64,000 nt of DNA from Octopus sinensis (lineage: Eukaryota): the NCBI RefSeq assembly GCF_006345805.1, contig NC_043003.1:50592001-50656000 (forward strand). Reading direction: 5' to 3'. Made by a program: the position numbers and the translations under genes. Of the stretch, positions 25,754 through 39,254 are shown piece after piece. Below the pieces are notes generated by a model. It was not told where the DNA came from and did no database searches. It worked only from the letters and a program-made list of their open reading frames with translations. Numbering within the stretch: the stretch's first letter is position 1; each line of letters opens with the position of its first letter.

Positions 25754-26168
25754 TTTCTTTATTGCCCACAAGGGGCTAACATAGAGGCGACGAACAAGGA
25801 CAGACAAATGGATTAAGTCGATTATATCGACCCCAGTACGTAGCTGGTACTTACTTAATCGACAACGAAAGGATGAAAGGCAAAGTCGACCTCGGCGGAA
25901 TTTGAAAACAGAATGTAACGGCAGACGAAATACCTATTTCTTTACTACCCACAAGGGGCTAAACACAGAGAGGACAAACAAGGACAGACAAACGGATTAA
26001 GTCGATTATATCGACCCCAGTGCGTAACTGGTACTTATTTAATCTACTCCGAAAGGATGAACAGCAAAGTCGAACTCGGCGGAATTTGAACTCAGCACGT
26101 AGCGGCCGACGAAATACTGCTAAGCATTTCGCCGGCGAGCTAACGTTTCTACCAGCTCGCCGCATTCC
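25754..26168 (-). mobile_element. SINE group B dimer with a 20-bp TSD
   Basis: TGTTTACGGTCTGATTCTTA at 25734-25753 and 26169-26188; internal junction AAATAGG|TATTTCG. Confidence 0.92.
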
Positions 26169-26802
26169 TGTTTACGGTCTGATTCTTAATATATAGTATA
26201 TGTAAGGCTTTATTATTCAAACCTCTCTTCCAGTTTTAAAGCAGCATAGTATAATTTGGAGGATATTTAGTAACTATTCTTTGTAAGTTGAGTGATTTCA
26301 TAGAAGTTTCTTCTGAAGTTCGATTTTTTTCATCTGATATATCATTCAGAGAGGCGGTGAAATGGTTTAGTCGCTACAGTCCTTTGATAGGATGCATTGG
26401 TGAGTTTGTTCCGAGTCGCTGCGATTTGAGTTCAAATCCAGCGGAAGTCAACTGTACCCTTCCACCTTTTGAGATCGATTAAAAGAAATAGTAGCAGTCC
26501 GTGGTGGTGAATTAGTGGAATTGGTAAAACTTTGGATTAGGTGCATTGCGGTATTTCTTTCAGTTCTTCGCTTTTTGAGTTCAAAATTCCACCACATCAC
26601 CGAAAGACGGTGACATTTTTTCAAGAGTTGCAACTACGGATAGTATCAGCAATTTTAAAAACCATTGAAAACATAGATTACCTAGTTCGATCGGAGAGTG
26701 ACTTCTACCACCACCATCCGTCATCGTTCAGTGAAACTTATATTCTAGAGATTAAATAACGCAATACCTTAAACTTATGACATCGCTATATACAATTATA
26801 CC

Positions 26803-27032
26803 TATTTCTTTATTACCCACAAGGGGCTAAACATAGAGGGGACAAACAAGGACAGACATAGGTATTAAGTCGATTACATCGACCCCAGTGCGTAACTGGT
26901 ACTTAATTTATCGACCCCGAAAGGATGAAAGGTAAAGTCGACCTCGGCGGAATTTGAACTCACAACGTAACGGCTGACGAAATACCGCTAAGCATTTCGC
27001 CCGACGTGCTAACGTTTCTGCCAGCTCTCCGC
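26803..27032 (-). mobile_element. SINE group B full monomer with a 17-bp TSD
   Basis: CTATATACAATTATACC (26786-26802) / CTATATACCATTATACC (27033-27049). Confidence 0.92.
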
Positions 27033-27074
27033 CTATATACCATTATACCATCGTCTCTAAAACTTTTCGTCAGT

Positions 27075-27469
27075 TATCTTTTTATGTTTTACATTTCACC
27101 TGTTGCAGTCATCGATTACGGTCATGCTGGAGCATCGCCTTGGAAGATTTAGCTGAACAAATCAACACCAGTGCTTTTTTTAGTTAAAGTCTGGTACTGA
27201 TTCTAGCGGACGTTTTTGCCGAGCCGCTTAGTACGGGGACGTAAACGAACCACCATCGGTTGTTAATGGTGAAGTCAAATACAAACATAAAAATACTCAT
27301 ACACATATAAGGTGAGCTTCTAGACAATTTCCATCTACCAAATTCTCTCACAAGAGTAGATTTGATAAAGCTAAAGCAGACATTTGCCCAAGTGACGTAC
27401 ACAATGAATGAACCCAAAACCATATTGCCGCAAGGCGAGTTTTTAATCACACGGCGATACCTGCGCCTA
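27075..27469 (-). mobile_element. SINE group A, diverged
   Basis: Reverse-complement match. Confidence 0.75.
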
Positions 27470-27603
27470 TGGCCTTCTTTTGTTTTTTCTGGATCTAGTA
27501 GTAGTTCTTGTAACTTTTGTTGTTGTAGTTGCTGCTGCTCGTAAACAACCTGTTTTGTTTGAAATCACTTTGTTTTTCAAGAACATTGTATCTGGGATTA
27601 GAT

Positions 27604-27918
27604 CAGTGAGGGCGCGTGGCTTAGTGGTTAGGGCATTCGGCTCATGATCGTAAGGTTGTGAGTTCGATTCCCGGCGACGCGTTGTGTCCTTGAGCAAGAC
27701 ACTTTATTTCACGTTGCTCCACTCCACTCAGCTGGCAAAAATGAGTTGTACTTGTATTTCAAAGGGTCAGCCTTGTCACTCTCTGTGTCACGCTGATTAT
27801 CCCCGAGAACTACGTTAAGGGTACACGTGTCTGTGGAATGCTCAGCCATTTGCACGTTAATTTCACGAGCAAGCTGTTCCGTTGATCGTATCAGCTGGGA
27901 CCCTCTTTTAAAGAGGTG
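27604..27918 (+). mobile_element. SINE group C (tRNA-like head) with a 14-bp TSD
   Basis: GCGCGTGGCTTAGTGGTTAGG A-box and GAGTTCGATTCCC B-box; TSD ATCTGGGATTAGAT at 27590-27603 and 27919-27932. Confidence 0.92.
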
Positions 27919-29429
27919 ATCTGGGATTAGATAACTTAATTTGGCTTTCTTTTTAAGACAGAAGGGTCTGATGTAAGAGATACTTATTATTTCTACCAGG
28001 TCGAAATACTAGGCAAAAGATACACCTAGTTTTTATGACTAGATATATCCCTTCTTGATTTGGATGGGATATTCTTTGTGTGGGAAAGGAAGATCTGATT
28101 TTCATTTTGTCTTGTGGTCCTAAATGTATGACGTTCATGATGAAATGAAAAAAACTTCACTATTGAAGTATCAAATGGTTACTCTTACACCCTTTAATGA
28201 GGACTATCAAGCTTAAAATAAATTAAAATCGTTATACTCTCAAATTTCCTTTATAGAAAACCACGATTAAAAACAAAAAACAAGGACTTTCCGCGAAAAA
28301 GTATTTATGCGTGAAATCTTATTAAAAATCAAATCGACAGAATTAGACTGGGAGAAGGAAAATAACAAAATATGGAATATAAATATAAAAAAGACAAAAT
28401 ATAAGAAAATAAATGAAGTTTTTGTGAAAGAAAGAAAGTATTCAACGGGAAATACCAAGTTCGTGTCTAAATGAAAAGAAGCGGATGCATCAAGTGAATT
28501 ATGTGTTCTGACTGCAGAGTGGCTCAGACATCATCGCGGATCAAAACCAAAGGATTATCGAAATTCGGGGAGAAGGAAGGGAGGGCACGACATGTTGTTG
28601 GGGTCATCGGGTATTACTAAGTGTGAGGTCAGTAAAGAATTATTTAACTTTATTTATTTATTGGTCTGAAAAGGAAATCCAGTCTTTATTCATGCACTCA
28701 CGTTTACTTACACGCCATCGTGTCTCACACTTCAGACCACCCACACATTTTTATACAAGAGAAAATTTTACCCAATGATTTTTACCGAGAGTTGCATTCC
28801 TCCCTGCCCATGTGTTCCTGTGAACAGCTAATCAACAACGAATCAAAATAGCATTAACTGCACTTGTCTCACCCTAAAAGCTTGATAACTCAATCTAGAA
28901 GGGATTAAGTAAGGCCGTAAGGCACTCGCTGTCCCACTTAACTGCAAACTTGGTAGGAAATAAATAACAAAATGGTAGTTTAAAAAAATGTCTGGGTTCT
29001 AAAATCGATTCGTGCAAACAATCAGACACTTATAGTTAATGCTATATAATTCTAATGCATGCACAGATTTACACATATACATACACACACGTGCATGCAT
29101 AAGTGCGTGTGTATGTTTATGTGCATGTAAACTCCATAGATGAGTGCATATACAAATATAAACGTTTTCTAAAACGCATTTGAAACTATTTAAAATTACT
29201 TCATGTAAGAAATGCTACGCTAAGATATATATGTGAACGAACGCGTGTGAGTGAGTGAGTAAGTGAGTGGGTGAGTGAGTGAGTGAGTGAGTGAGTGAGT
29301 GAGTGAGTGTAAGCTTGTGTGTGTGCGTAAATGTGTGCGCGCACACGTGTTTCTTCATACAACATATGCATGAATACAAACATGGGGTATTCAGGCTAAA
29401 TTTGACGAATTTTTACGTCTTCTTTTTTC

Positions 29430-30110
29430 AAGAACAGCTTGATGTATTGGTAACGGCGTTAGAGAGCATTAAGATTAAAATTTTAGTTGAGAAAGGCTGA
29501 TATGGAAGACTGGAAGCTCTCTAGATAATGTGAAAGAGTTATCTGCATCACGACGATTCGCGCCGGGTATCAAAATGCAGGTATAACTGCTCTTCAATGC
29601 TCTGAGAGCACTATAGAGGCTGCAAGATCTGACATGGGCATTATGAAAAACCAAGTTGCCCCAAAGTATGATGGTCTTTCGATGTGTCTCCAGTGACGGT
29701 GAAGACATACCACCCCCACACCTTAGACTCAATTTAGACGGTTAGATGAAGCTGCCAGAGACTGTGGTCAATACCTGGATGGAGAGGGTTGCTGCTGAAA
29801 GGCCATATGTGTGGAGACAGGATTCAGCTTGTTGTCATACCTCCCTATTCTGGCTCCCTAATTCGCTGATTGAAATCTGGTAGATTACTGCGCGAGGGGC
29901 GCGGTTGAGTGAGTCACTACCGCTCTGCTTGCAACACCTCAGACTCGGTTCGGTTACGTGATGTTGATAAACCACGAAAACAGCAAAACATCGATATTCA
30001 TCACCTTTGAATCGATTTTGGTATGGGTTGTCTCGCTTCTCCACGACTTTCAGGCGTTTTAATACCACGCCAATCGCAGCCTGCCAGCAAATACATGCAG
30101 CGTATGCATT
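29430..30110. other. GC-richer decayed repeat-like segment, unassigned (possibly a LINE relic)
   Basis: Composition shift and short peptide-like stretches, but no diagnostic motif. Confidence 0.3.
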
Positions 30111-30152
30111 GAGTATGTGTGGTCAATAATGTTATCATACTAGCGCTGCTTC

Positions 30153-30202
<50 letters not shown>

Positions 30203-30245
30203 TATATGTAACACACACACAGATATACAAGAGTAAGTTCCATGG

Positions 30246-30278
<33 letters not shown>

Positions 30279-30280
<2 letters not shown>

Positions 30281-30442
30281 CTCGATGGACGTCTTTCAGT
30301 TTACGTCTACCAAATCCACTCACAAGGCTTTGGTCAGTCCAAGGCTATAATAGAGAGACATTCGCCCAATGTTCCACGCAGTGAGACTGAACCCGAAAAC
30401 ATGGGATGAGAGGGAAACTTCTCACCATACAGCCACGCCTAT
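30279..30442 (-). mobile_element. SINE group A head
   Basis: Reverse-complement match. Confidence 0.8.
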
Positions 30443-30479
30443 AATTTAGGCTTTTAATTTTCAAAAATATTTTCAGTTT

Positions 30480-30678
30480 TTATTGTATTTGCAAATCATC
30501 TATTAATATTTGTGGTCGATAAGTTGTTTTGACATTACGTGTAGTGTTAATGATTATCAATCTGTCGGCTGCAATATTTTGTGATGTATTTAATTTTGCA
30601 GCAAGGAGGCGTTGAAAAAGTGTAAAGTTTTTTGTAAAACAAAGAAATCGATACTTAAAAAAGTTTGGAAGCACTGCT
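30480..30678 (-). mobile_element. Possible hAT relic
   Basis: Ends AAAAAAGTTTGGAAGCACTG (hAT TIR-like); peptide NVKTTYRPQILIDDLQ resembles the hAT C-terminal dimerisation region. Confidence 0.45.
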
Positions 30679-31014
30679 TTGTTTGTTTATAATGTTACAC
30701 TAATCAATGAGCATCATTAGATTCAAATCAGAACTGCTCCAGGGCCTATCTCACTCAGGTAGCGACAAAATATTTCTGCAAATATAACACTTAATCTAAT
30801 ATTAGTCGTGACTTAAATTTGCATAAATTCAAAGAATTTTGAATAATGTTTGTCACACTATATAACAATCAGCAACGGAAAAATTATAGATTTACCGATA
30901 TAGCTATGACGTTAAGAATAGCACATTAATAAGTATGAATGATAATTAGTAGTAACGTTTCAGAAAAACAAATTATGGGCAAGCTAAGAACTCCCTCAAA
31001 ATGGAGGACAAATT

Positions 31015-31123
31015 TACAGGGTGATTCAAATATTCCCTACAACCAAGATAGTAACAACATATATTAACGTATATCGAAACTCTCCAACATCACTTTTGAC
31101 TGCAAATTATTTCTCACCTTGTA
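31015..31123. mobile_element. Possible tiny Tc1-type MITE
   Basis: TACAGGGTGATTCAAAT vs rc TACAAGGTGAGAAAT, TA-flanked. Confidence 0.35.
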
Positions 31124-31527
31124 GGCGCAAGCATGGCTATGTGGCAAAAAACTTGTTTCCCAACCACATGGTTCGAGGTTCAGTCCTACTGCGTGGCACC
31201 TTGGGCAACTGACTTCTACTATAGCCCTGAAATGACTAAATCCTTGTAAGTAGATTTGGTAGGCGGAAACTGAAAGAAACCCGTCGTATATATATGTATA
31301 TATCTATGTGTGTGTCTTTGTGTTTGTCCCCCACCAGCACTTGACAACTGTGCTGCTGCGTTTACATCCCTGTAAACTTAGCGGTCCGGCAAAAGCGAAT
31401 GTTAGAATAAGTATCAAGCTTTAAAAACATAAGTACCTGAGTCAATAAATTCGACTGAAAATTCTTCCGGTGGTGCCCCAGTACAGCCGCAGTCTAATGA
31501 CTGAAATAAGTGGAAGATAAAAGATTA
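31121..31527 (+). mobile_element. SINE group A, full length
   Basis: Head, short central TA/TG and tail. Confidence 0.88.
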
Positions 31528-31904
31528 CCAAGGAAAAAATGGACTAGGATTAGTTTAAAACAAACTGGACTTCTAAAAGCCTAGCATTTAGATGCGTGGA
31601 AAGGAAAGCATCATATACATTGGTAACTGCCAGTTTTTCGTAACTAAACTCTATTTATTCGTACGAAGAGATAAATCATTACTACAATAGTCACAAGGAC
31701 TGAAATTTTGAGGGAGGAGTTAATCGATAACACCAACTCCGAAAAGATGGAAGGCAAAGTCTACCTTGGTGGCATTTCAATTGAAAGCGAAAAAGAACGA
31801 CGAAAAGCTGCCAAGTATTTCGTCCGATTCATACATAAAGACAGATAGACAGACAAACACTCACACGCGCGCGCACACACATACGCACACGCACACATAT
31901 ACTC

Positions 31905-32321
31905 TTTCATTCTTTTATTCTTTTATTTGTTTCAGCCTTTTGACAGCAGCCATGCTTGAACTCCGCACAAATCGACCCCAGGACTTATTCTCTGTAAGCC
32001 CAGTACTTATTCTAACCGTCTCTTTTGCAGAACCGCTAAGTTACGGGGACGTAAACACACCAACATCAGTTGCCAAGCCATGGTGAGGGAACAAGCACAT
32101 AACACAAACACACACACACATATATATATATATATGTATGTATGTATGTATATTACAACGGGCTTCTTTCAGTTTCCGTCTACCGAATCCATTTCACAAG
32201 CCTTTAGTCCGCCCGAGGCTATAGTAGAAGACACTTTTCGTAGGTGCCATGCTGTAGGATTGAACTCGGGACCATGTGGCTAGTAAGCAAACTACTTACC
32301 ACACAGCCAATCCTGCGCCTA
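31905..32321 (-). mobile_element. SINE group A, full length
   Basis: Reverse-complement match. Confidence 0.88.
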
Positions 32322-32986
32322 GTGTGTGTGTGAGAGAGTGAGAGAGAGTGAGAGAGAAAGAGGGGTGTTATGTGTACATAACTGTGTTTATGTTCACCTG
32401 TGTTTATATGTACATATTTAATTAAAATTTCATGGTTGTCTTCACCTGACTATTTTTTGTTAGCAGAATTAGTCAGAAGGAAATAATTGTTTCATCACTA
32501 AGAGAGTTATTTTAATTAAAAACCATTCCTAACCATCTTAGATTAAAAATGGCACAGCACACTTTTAGGTTAAGGTTTCATGTAGCTGAAGGGAGTTCGC
32601 TTCTATATAGTTTCGTTCTACCAGATTTCTTTTCGAAGGAAGTGATCATAGCGGAAGTCACATGCACAAAGTGCCACGCTGTAAGATCAAACCCTACTTG
32701 CGAGATATTTTAAGCTGACGTATTTACCCAAACATGCCTGCATTTCTCTCTCTCTCTCTGCCTCTATCTCTCCCTCCCTCTCTTCCTCTTTCTCTCTCTT
32801 TCCTTTTCTCTTTCTCTCTCTCTCTCTCTATCTCTCTCTCTGAACACACACACACACACATATACTCACACAAATACACACAGACAAGCATGCATCAAAA
32901 ACAGACAATGCGAATGTGTGAAATTAAAAATATAAAATGGCAACAATTTACCAATCGTACACTGAATATATGTATATATATATATA

Positions 32987-34285
32987 CTATCAGGTCATTA
33001 AGTCATTAAGAATGAAATGTCCGTTTTTCAACTTTATTTTACTTTACTTTATCTTTAGTTTACTTTATCTCAACAAAAAGCAATGCAGTTAAAGTATACA
33101 CTTAAATTATCAACACAATTTTTCAATTTTATCGGTAGCTTATTTATGCCGGCTGCGAAGAATTCTGGAGAGCAAGAGGTGATGAAATCACGAAAGGCTG
33201 TTTTTGCATCTTCTTCAGATTTGAAGTTTTTCATTGCAAAATGGTGTCTAATGCCTTGAAAACGTGATAATCCGTTGGTGCAAGGTCTGGTGAATATGGT
33301 GGATGATAGAGTACTTCCAAGTTCAGTTCCTGTAACTTGAGTAGCGTTCTTTGTGCAACATGTGGTCAAGCATTGTCTTGCAAGAGAATTGGCCTGTCTC
33401 TATTGACCAATTTCAGTTGTTTAATTACAAGTTCACTCATCATTTCATCCACTTGGCTGATGTATGAATCCGCTGTAATTGACTTACAGGGTCTCATGAA
33501 GCTGTAGTGGATGACACCAGCGCCGAACCACCAAACAGACACCATTAGCTTTTTTCGGCGAATATTCTTTTTTGGGTTGTGGTTTGGTACTTCGTCGCTG
33601 TCCAACCACCGTGCAGAATGCTTGCTATTGTTCAAAATATCCCATTTTTCATCACACGTTACAATACGATGCAAAAATTGTTCGCTTTTATGCCGTGACA
33701 GCAAAGAACAGCAAGTTTCAAGACATCGTGTCATTTGATGCGCGTTCAGTTCGAGTAGTACCCACTTGCCCAGGTTCTTTACCATGTCGATTTGTTTCAG
33801 GTGGTCCAATAGAGTTGGAATCGAAATATCAAACCATGCTGCTAACTCACGAGTAGTTTGAGATGTATCCGCTTCCACTACATTTTCTAGCTCATCATTA
33901 TCCACCTTGGTCTCAGGTCTACCACGGGGCTGATTTTCAAGAGTAAAGCCTCCAGACCGGAACATCTCAAACCATCGACGCACAGTGCGGTCATTCGTCA
34001 CAACTTCACGAAACACCTCATTGATGTTTCTGGGATGCATTAGTTCATGACGGAACTAATTATTCATAAACAAGACGAAATTTTTTTATCTATGCATGGG
34101 CTCACAAAAATTGATCTACAAGAGAAAACCCACAATATAATCAGACACCATGAATTGCATTACGAAAAGTGGTGATATAACTTTTTAATGTAAAACAAAG
34201 AATTGTCAGGATAAAACATTAGAGTTAACGACTGTCAAACTTGGTGCATAAGAAAATCGGACATTTCATACATATATCTTTTATC
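32987..34285 (-). mobile_element. Near-full-length mariner (D,D34D; Hsmar1/SETMAR-like), inactive
   Basis: TIR cores ATGAAATGTCCG at both ends; motifs RTVRRWFEMFRSG, KWVLLEL, IVTCDEKW, LLQDNA and HPPYSPDLAPTD. Confidence 0.95.
33070..34040 (-). pseudogene. Mariner transposase pseudogene
   Basis: ORFs 33366-34040 and 33070-33369; premature stop after DNA and frameshifts around YSPDLAPTD. Confidence 0.93.
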
Positions 34286-34559
34286 AATTTACTTGTTTCA
34301 GTTATTGGACTGCTGCCATGCTGTGGCACCACCTTGAGGGGTTAACTCGAAGAAAACCGACTCCATGGTAGAGTGGTACATATGCTGTCATTCTATTTTG
34401 CCGAGCCGCTAAGTTACGCGGATATAAACAAACCAACAACGGTTGTCAAGAAACACACAAATTTATACATTTATACATACACGTATAATAAGCATGCCTG
34501 AATGTGTTACAAGTGCATTCCGTGCATGAAGGAATGTATGATCATATCTTAATTTTCAC

Positions 34560-34568
34560 ATATGATGC

Positions 34569-34602
<34 letters not shown>

Positions 34603-34873
34603 GTACATTTGCATGTATGTATGTATGTATGTATGTATGTATGTATGTATGTATGTATGTTTGTATGTATGTATGTACGTATGTAGGTGTATTTATGAAT
34701 GTATGTATGTATCTATGCATATACACATACAGATGAAAGAGAGGTGGAGAGACTTACATACGTATGTTTAGAAACATGTAAGCGTGTATGATTTTCTATG
34801 ACTATCCATGCTTGTGTATATATAAGTATGTGCAGTGTGTGTGCATGTGTGTGTTTGTGTGCGTGTGTGTGTG

Positions 34874-34911
<38 letters not shown>

Positions 34912-35032
34912 TGTGTGTGTTTGCCTAATTCCCTTTCCTGCTCATCCAGTTCAATCCTTATAGTTTCAAGTTCCCCAATAACCGATTACAACAAAAATTT
35001 CTATACTATAAGGCGCCAGAGACGAGGAAGGA

Positions 35033-35086
<54 letters not shown>

Positions 35087-35340
35087 CAGCAGCAGCAACA
35101 GCAGCAACTGGAGTAGAGGAGGTAGAGGGGTAAGAAAAGAGAAGAAAAAATATGGAGAGGAGGGCTGAAGTTGGTGATGATGATGACGATGACGACGGAG
35201 GAAGAGAGGAGGAGGGGAAGGAGGAAATGGAAAGATCGGAAGAAGAGGGGGGGAGGAGAGAATAGAAGGAGGAGAAGGAATTGGAGGAGAAAGGGGGGAA
35301 GAAGAAGAAGGAAAGAGAAGAGGAAGGGAGGAGGAGGAAT
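34560..35340. repeat. (TATG)n, (TG)n, (GTA)n and GA-rich tracts
   Basis: Directly visible. Confidence 0.9.
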
Positions 35341-35499
35341 TCTAAGATTAGAATATGTGCAGCAAAGACTGTGGTGGCAGGACATTTGGTATTTTGATGC
35401 CGGAGGAAGTCAATGTTGGTTTCAAGTTTTGATACAAAGCCAGCAATCTAGGGGGTTGGGGCAAGTCGATTATTGATATTTATTTCACCACGAAAGGAT

Positions 35500-35775
35500 T
35501 ATACCTGTGAACTCCTTCGATTCCTTTTTTACTCGGATGGACCCTCCTAGCCATTCTTTTTAAGAATTCATACTATATTTTTATAATTAAATATTATTTG
35601 GAATTGAATAAAAACAATTGTTAAATTATTCCGTGAATTGTAAAAGTATAACTAATCCATTACAGATAAATTTTAACATCAAAACCTTGTATGAACTCCC
35701 AAAGAGCCATATAGACCCCATAATGGATCATATGGACTCCCAAAGGCCATATGAACTCTAGTTGGAAACCTGTGG
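35500..35775. mobile_element. Decayed hAT-MITE-like repeat related to 19028-19246
   Basis: Shared GGCCATATG(G/A)AC..AGTTG(G)AAA 3' motif. Confidence 0.4.
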
Positions 35776-36296
35776 TACAGACAGACGAAATGCAGTTAAG
35801 CATGTGTCTGGAGTTAAGCATGTGCCAGCTCACCGCCTCAGACGAAACAAATATTGGTTCCAAAGTGGCTGACGTTCTTTTATCCACGACCAACTCCGAT
35901 CCAGCAGACCTATAATTAAAGGCGTTTTGCTCCAGTCTATCCTTTCTTTGGTTTTGATACCATATATCCTGAACTGCATTATTTTTTTTGCATATTTCTT
36001 TATTTAACACGGTGTGAGGTGATTTTAGGGACACTTCGTTGCTATCTTTAGTAGATCGAATGGTCCTATAAGGGATTATTATGTAGGTCGTTGTTTGAAG
36101 TGTTTTTGTTGGTGTAGTAGTGGGGAGTTGATTGTGACAGTGGCGCTGGTAGTAGTAGCAGGTGGTACTGATGGTGATAGATGCGGTGAATGTGTGATAG
36201 TGATAGTTTTGATTTCAAGGTCTGGATGTCCATCCTTTACACACCATTACATGGGTGTGTGTGTTCATCTAAATGTGTGTGTGTGTGTGTTGTGTG

Positions 36297-36317
36297 TGGA
36301 TAGATAGATAGATAGAC

Positions 36318-36400
<83 letters not shown>
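36297..36400. repeat. (GATA)n
   Basis: Directly visible. Confidence 0.95.
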
Positions 36401-36401
<1 letters not shown>

Positions 36402-36429
36402 GGGAAGATAATTATGCACATTAACGCCT

Positions 36430-37850
36430 ATTGTTTATCGTTGTCACAGAAACCGAGGAGCATCCTGCTCTGCTGTTATGTCAACATCAGCGAATGACTG
36501 TATCACGCAAAGTTTTGTGCTTGGCAGTAGATGAAACTCTAAATGAAGCCTGTCCTTTCTTCAAAAAACAAACTAGTATATTAACCCTTCTTATGAAATG
36601 TCACGTAACCCAAGACATTTTAAGATACCACCGAAGATATAAAGACATTGCTCACCCTGTTCAGTCTTGCAGAAATAACTTCTCTCAGCTCACATATATA
36701 TGAGTGCAACTGCCCACCGCCAGCGAACTTTTCCTACTTTTATCCACTTAGAGATCTGCTCCAAATCAAATTCTAATCATCTTAACAGGATCTGCATGGG
36801 CTTGCCCCTCCCAGTGCTGAATTGCAAACTTATCTTGTGGTTAATTCATTTTCTGTTACCTTCTGGTACTCATCTAGAATGGTCCAGCCTATCTCGATTT
36901 CTTCACTTTGCGATCATTTCGGGCAGGTTTGATTACCGATGTGTCCGACACCATGAAGATGTCGTTGTCTGCGTATATAGGCAGGGTTATGATTCCAATT
37001 TTAAGTGAGATGCTCCTTAACTACTCCAACCACCTCAACAAACGCTACAATGTCAAAGCACAATCCTTATCGAAAGGAGCGCTCGGCAACCTAAAACGGT
37101 AGTGGTTTAATTTTATTACGGAGTAGATGCCGATGTACATTGTAACGAACCAACTTCTGAAGACGAGACCGAAATCTACTTTGCTTAGGACAGACGCCTG
37201 GACGTATCAAAATATATGGGTGCCCCACTGAAACCAGATCTAGTTCCATTTCATTTTGTAATATATTGCCCTTGAAGGAATTTATTGCGAGTAGATCTTC
37301 CATGAATCACACACGTTTCTGCAATTCCGATTAATTCACCTATGGCAAAAGCTATTCATACCGTCGCTTAACACGTCCGATATTTTATCTTCAGTAATTA
37401 ACTTTTCGGGAGTCACGACCGACCGTCACTGTCACTCTTTGCTAACAGCTTGACGTTGTGTCACTGAAAATATTCCGCACGTCTACTTGGAATCGGATAG
37501 CATGTACACAACGCAATCTACCAAAGATCAAAGTGTGTCTTTCGTTGAACTTCACCTCAGTCACCCTGGATCTTTGAATGGTTTAGTAGATTTAATGTTT
37601 TAATTTTGCATCCAACTACGACCATCACATCCTTCATGTTTCGCTTCAAGGAAGTTGTGAAAGGCTAATCTCGCTGCAAGCACATCGCAAAATGTTTCTT
37701 TCTGTTAACATATTGTAACTGGTTGACTAACACCTTCTCTATCTATTCTTCTCAATTATTACATCTATACTAAACTGACAGATTCTGTTTGATCATTGTT
37801 ATTGATACAGAGGTCCACTATATGTTAGCCATAATACCACTCGCTAACTC
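36430..37850 (-). mobile_element. Decayed Tx1/L1-like LINE reverse transcriptase fragment
   Basis: Minus-strand relics FGLVFRSWFVTMYIGIYSVIKLN, YADN (YADD-like), LDEYQKVT, LQFSTGRGKPM and WFGADL. Confidence 0.72.
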
Positions 37851-38631
37851 CCGTATATTTCATTCGCTAATCTGATGACCGAAATACTTCTGTGCCGGAC
37901 AAGATACATTCAGTATCCTCTGCCTTAGACGCTTTGGACTAGACTTTTCATATCACGAATTTATGGATGCTGTTGCCAACTAGCCGGAAATATAGACAAC
38001 TCACAGTATCCTTGTTGGTCATCAAATGAAGGCCTTACGTACGACCTGGAAGACCCTCTGTAATTTGTCCGAAAAACATACTGTGGTGAATAATATTTAT
38101 TACTTTTCACTTTTTGTGGCCTTATGGTTATATATTTTCTGTACTTATTTGTCTTCAAATTGTTTATCCAATTATGCCGAGTTATTATTATTAATTTGAG
38201 ATATTATGTCTCCCCACATTATTTAACTGAACAATTATGAGTAATTTTAATGCGTATCATCCGGCTATTTTCTACGCCAAGAGAATGTGACCAGACAAAT
38301 TAGTTCTGAATCAAACAACGTAATCCGGTTCCAATTTGGATCATTAAAATTCCTGTTTACTTTGGCTTAATATTCAGATTATTTTCTTTCAATGTAATTT
38401 TCTTGCATATATAGTATGTACACAGTTGAGAAGATTATGTGAAATATATTTTGCCTTAGTTGGAATCAAGATTGATTACGAATGTGACTTCATACATACA
38501 CAGTATAGTAATTCAAATAGTCATATAAAGCAAACCACAAAAATTAACGAAACAAAGCATAAAGTAACAGTCTGTAATGTTCTCATTATATAGATTATTT
38601 TCAAAACTTCTTTTAAAACGTTACTACAGAA

Positions 38632-38698
<67 letters not shown>

Positions 38699-39077
38699 GT
38701 TTATATATATATATATGAACATAACAAATGGCATGACTAATTAATTACGAGATTCTTTCATTTCACGTAAAACAATATAAGATTGTCATCAAACTCTCGC
38801 CCAATTTTTCAAATTTAATTTCATGAGAAATGTGTTACTTCGACAAAGAAAATTTTACTGTGCATTCACAAAAGCGATCTTTTGTCGAGTATAATCGGTG
38901 GACATTAAGTGTTTCTTTTCATCGAGGGTAAATATATGTACTCACCTATATATCTCTGTGTGTGGTGAATATATATATATAGGTAGAATTCACAAAAAAA
39001 AAAAAAAAAAAAGACCAAGAGAGATGGTGTAGGCAACAAACAGATGTATTAGTATAACGCTGAAGAAGTGAAAAGGT

Positions 39078-39113
39078 CTTTAACGTTTTGAGCTTACGCT
39101 CTTCCACAGGAAG
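39078..39113 (-). ncRNA. Decayed hammerhead related to 24561
   Basis: CUUC-CUGUGGA-A-GAGC(guaa)GCUC-AAAA-CG-UU-AAAG; two core substitutions. Confidence 0.5.
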
Positions 39114-39254
39114 GAATACAGAAAGAAACAAGGAGAGAAAGTAAAGAATGTGTAGTGGCTAGAGATATATCATGGATATATATATCTATATATATACATA
39201 TATATATATTATGTATATCTATAAATATATATAAGACAATCAGTTAGTTGCCAT

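Noticed and set aside
37872-37890. CTGATGA-CC-GAAA
   Set aside because: No stem II possible and no stem I.
37929-38063. 44-codon open frame after TTAG (TLWTRLFISRIYGCCCQLAG..DPL*)
   Set aside because: No recognisable protein; it lies next to, and is probably antisense to, the continuation of the decayed Tx1-like LINE; frames this long occur by chance.
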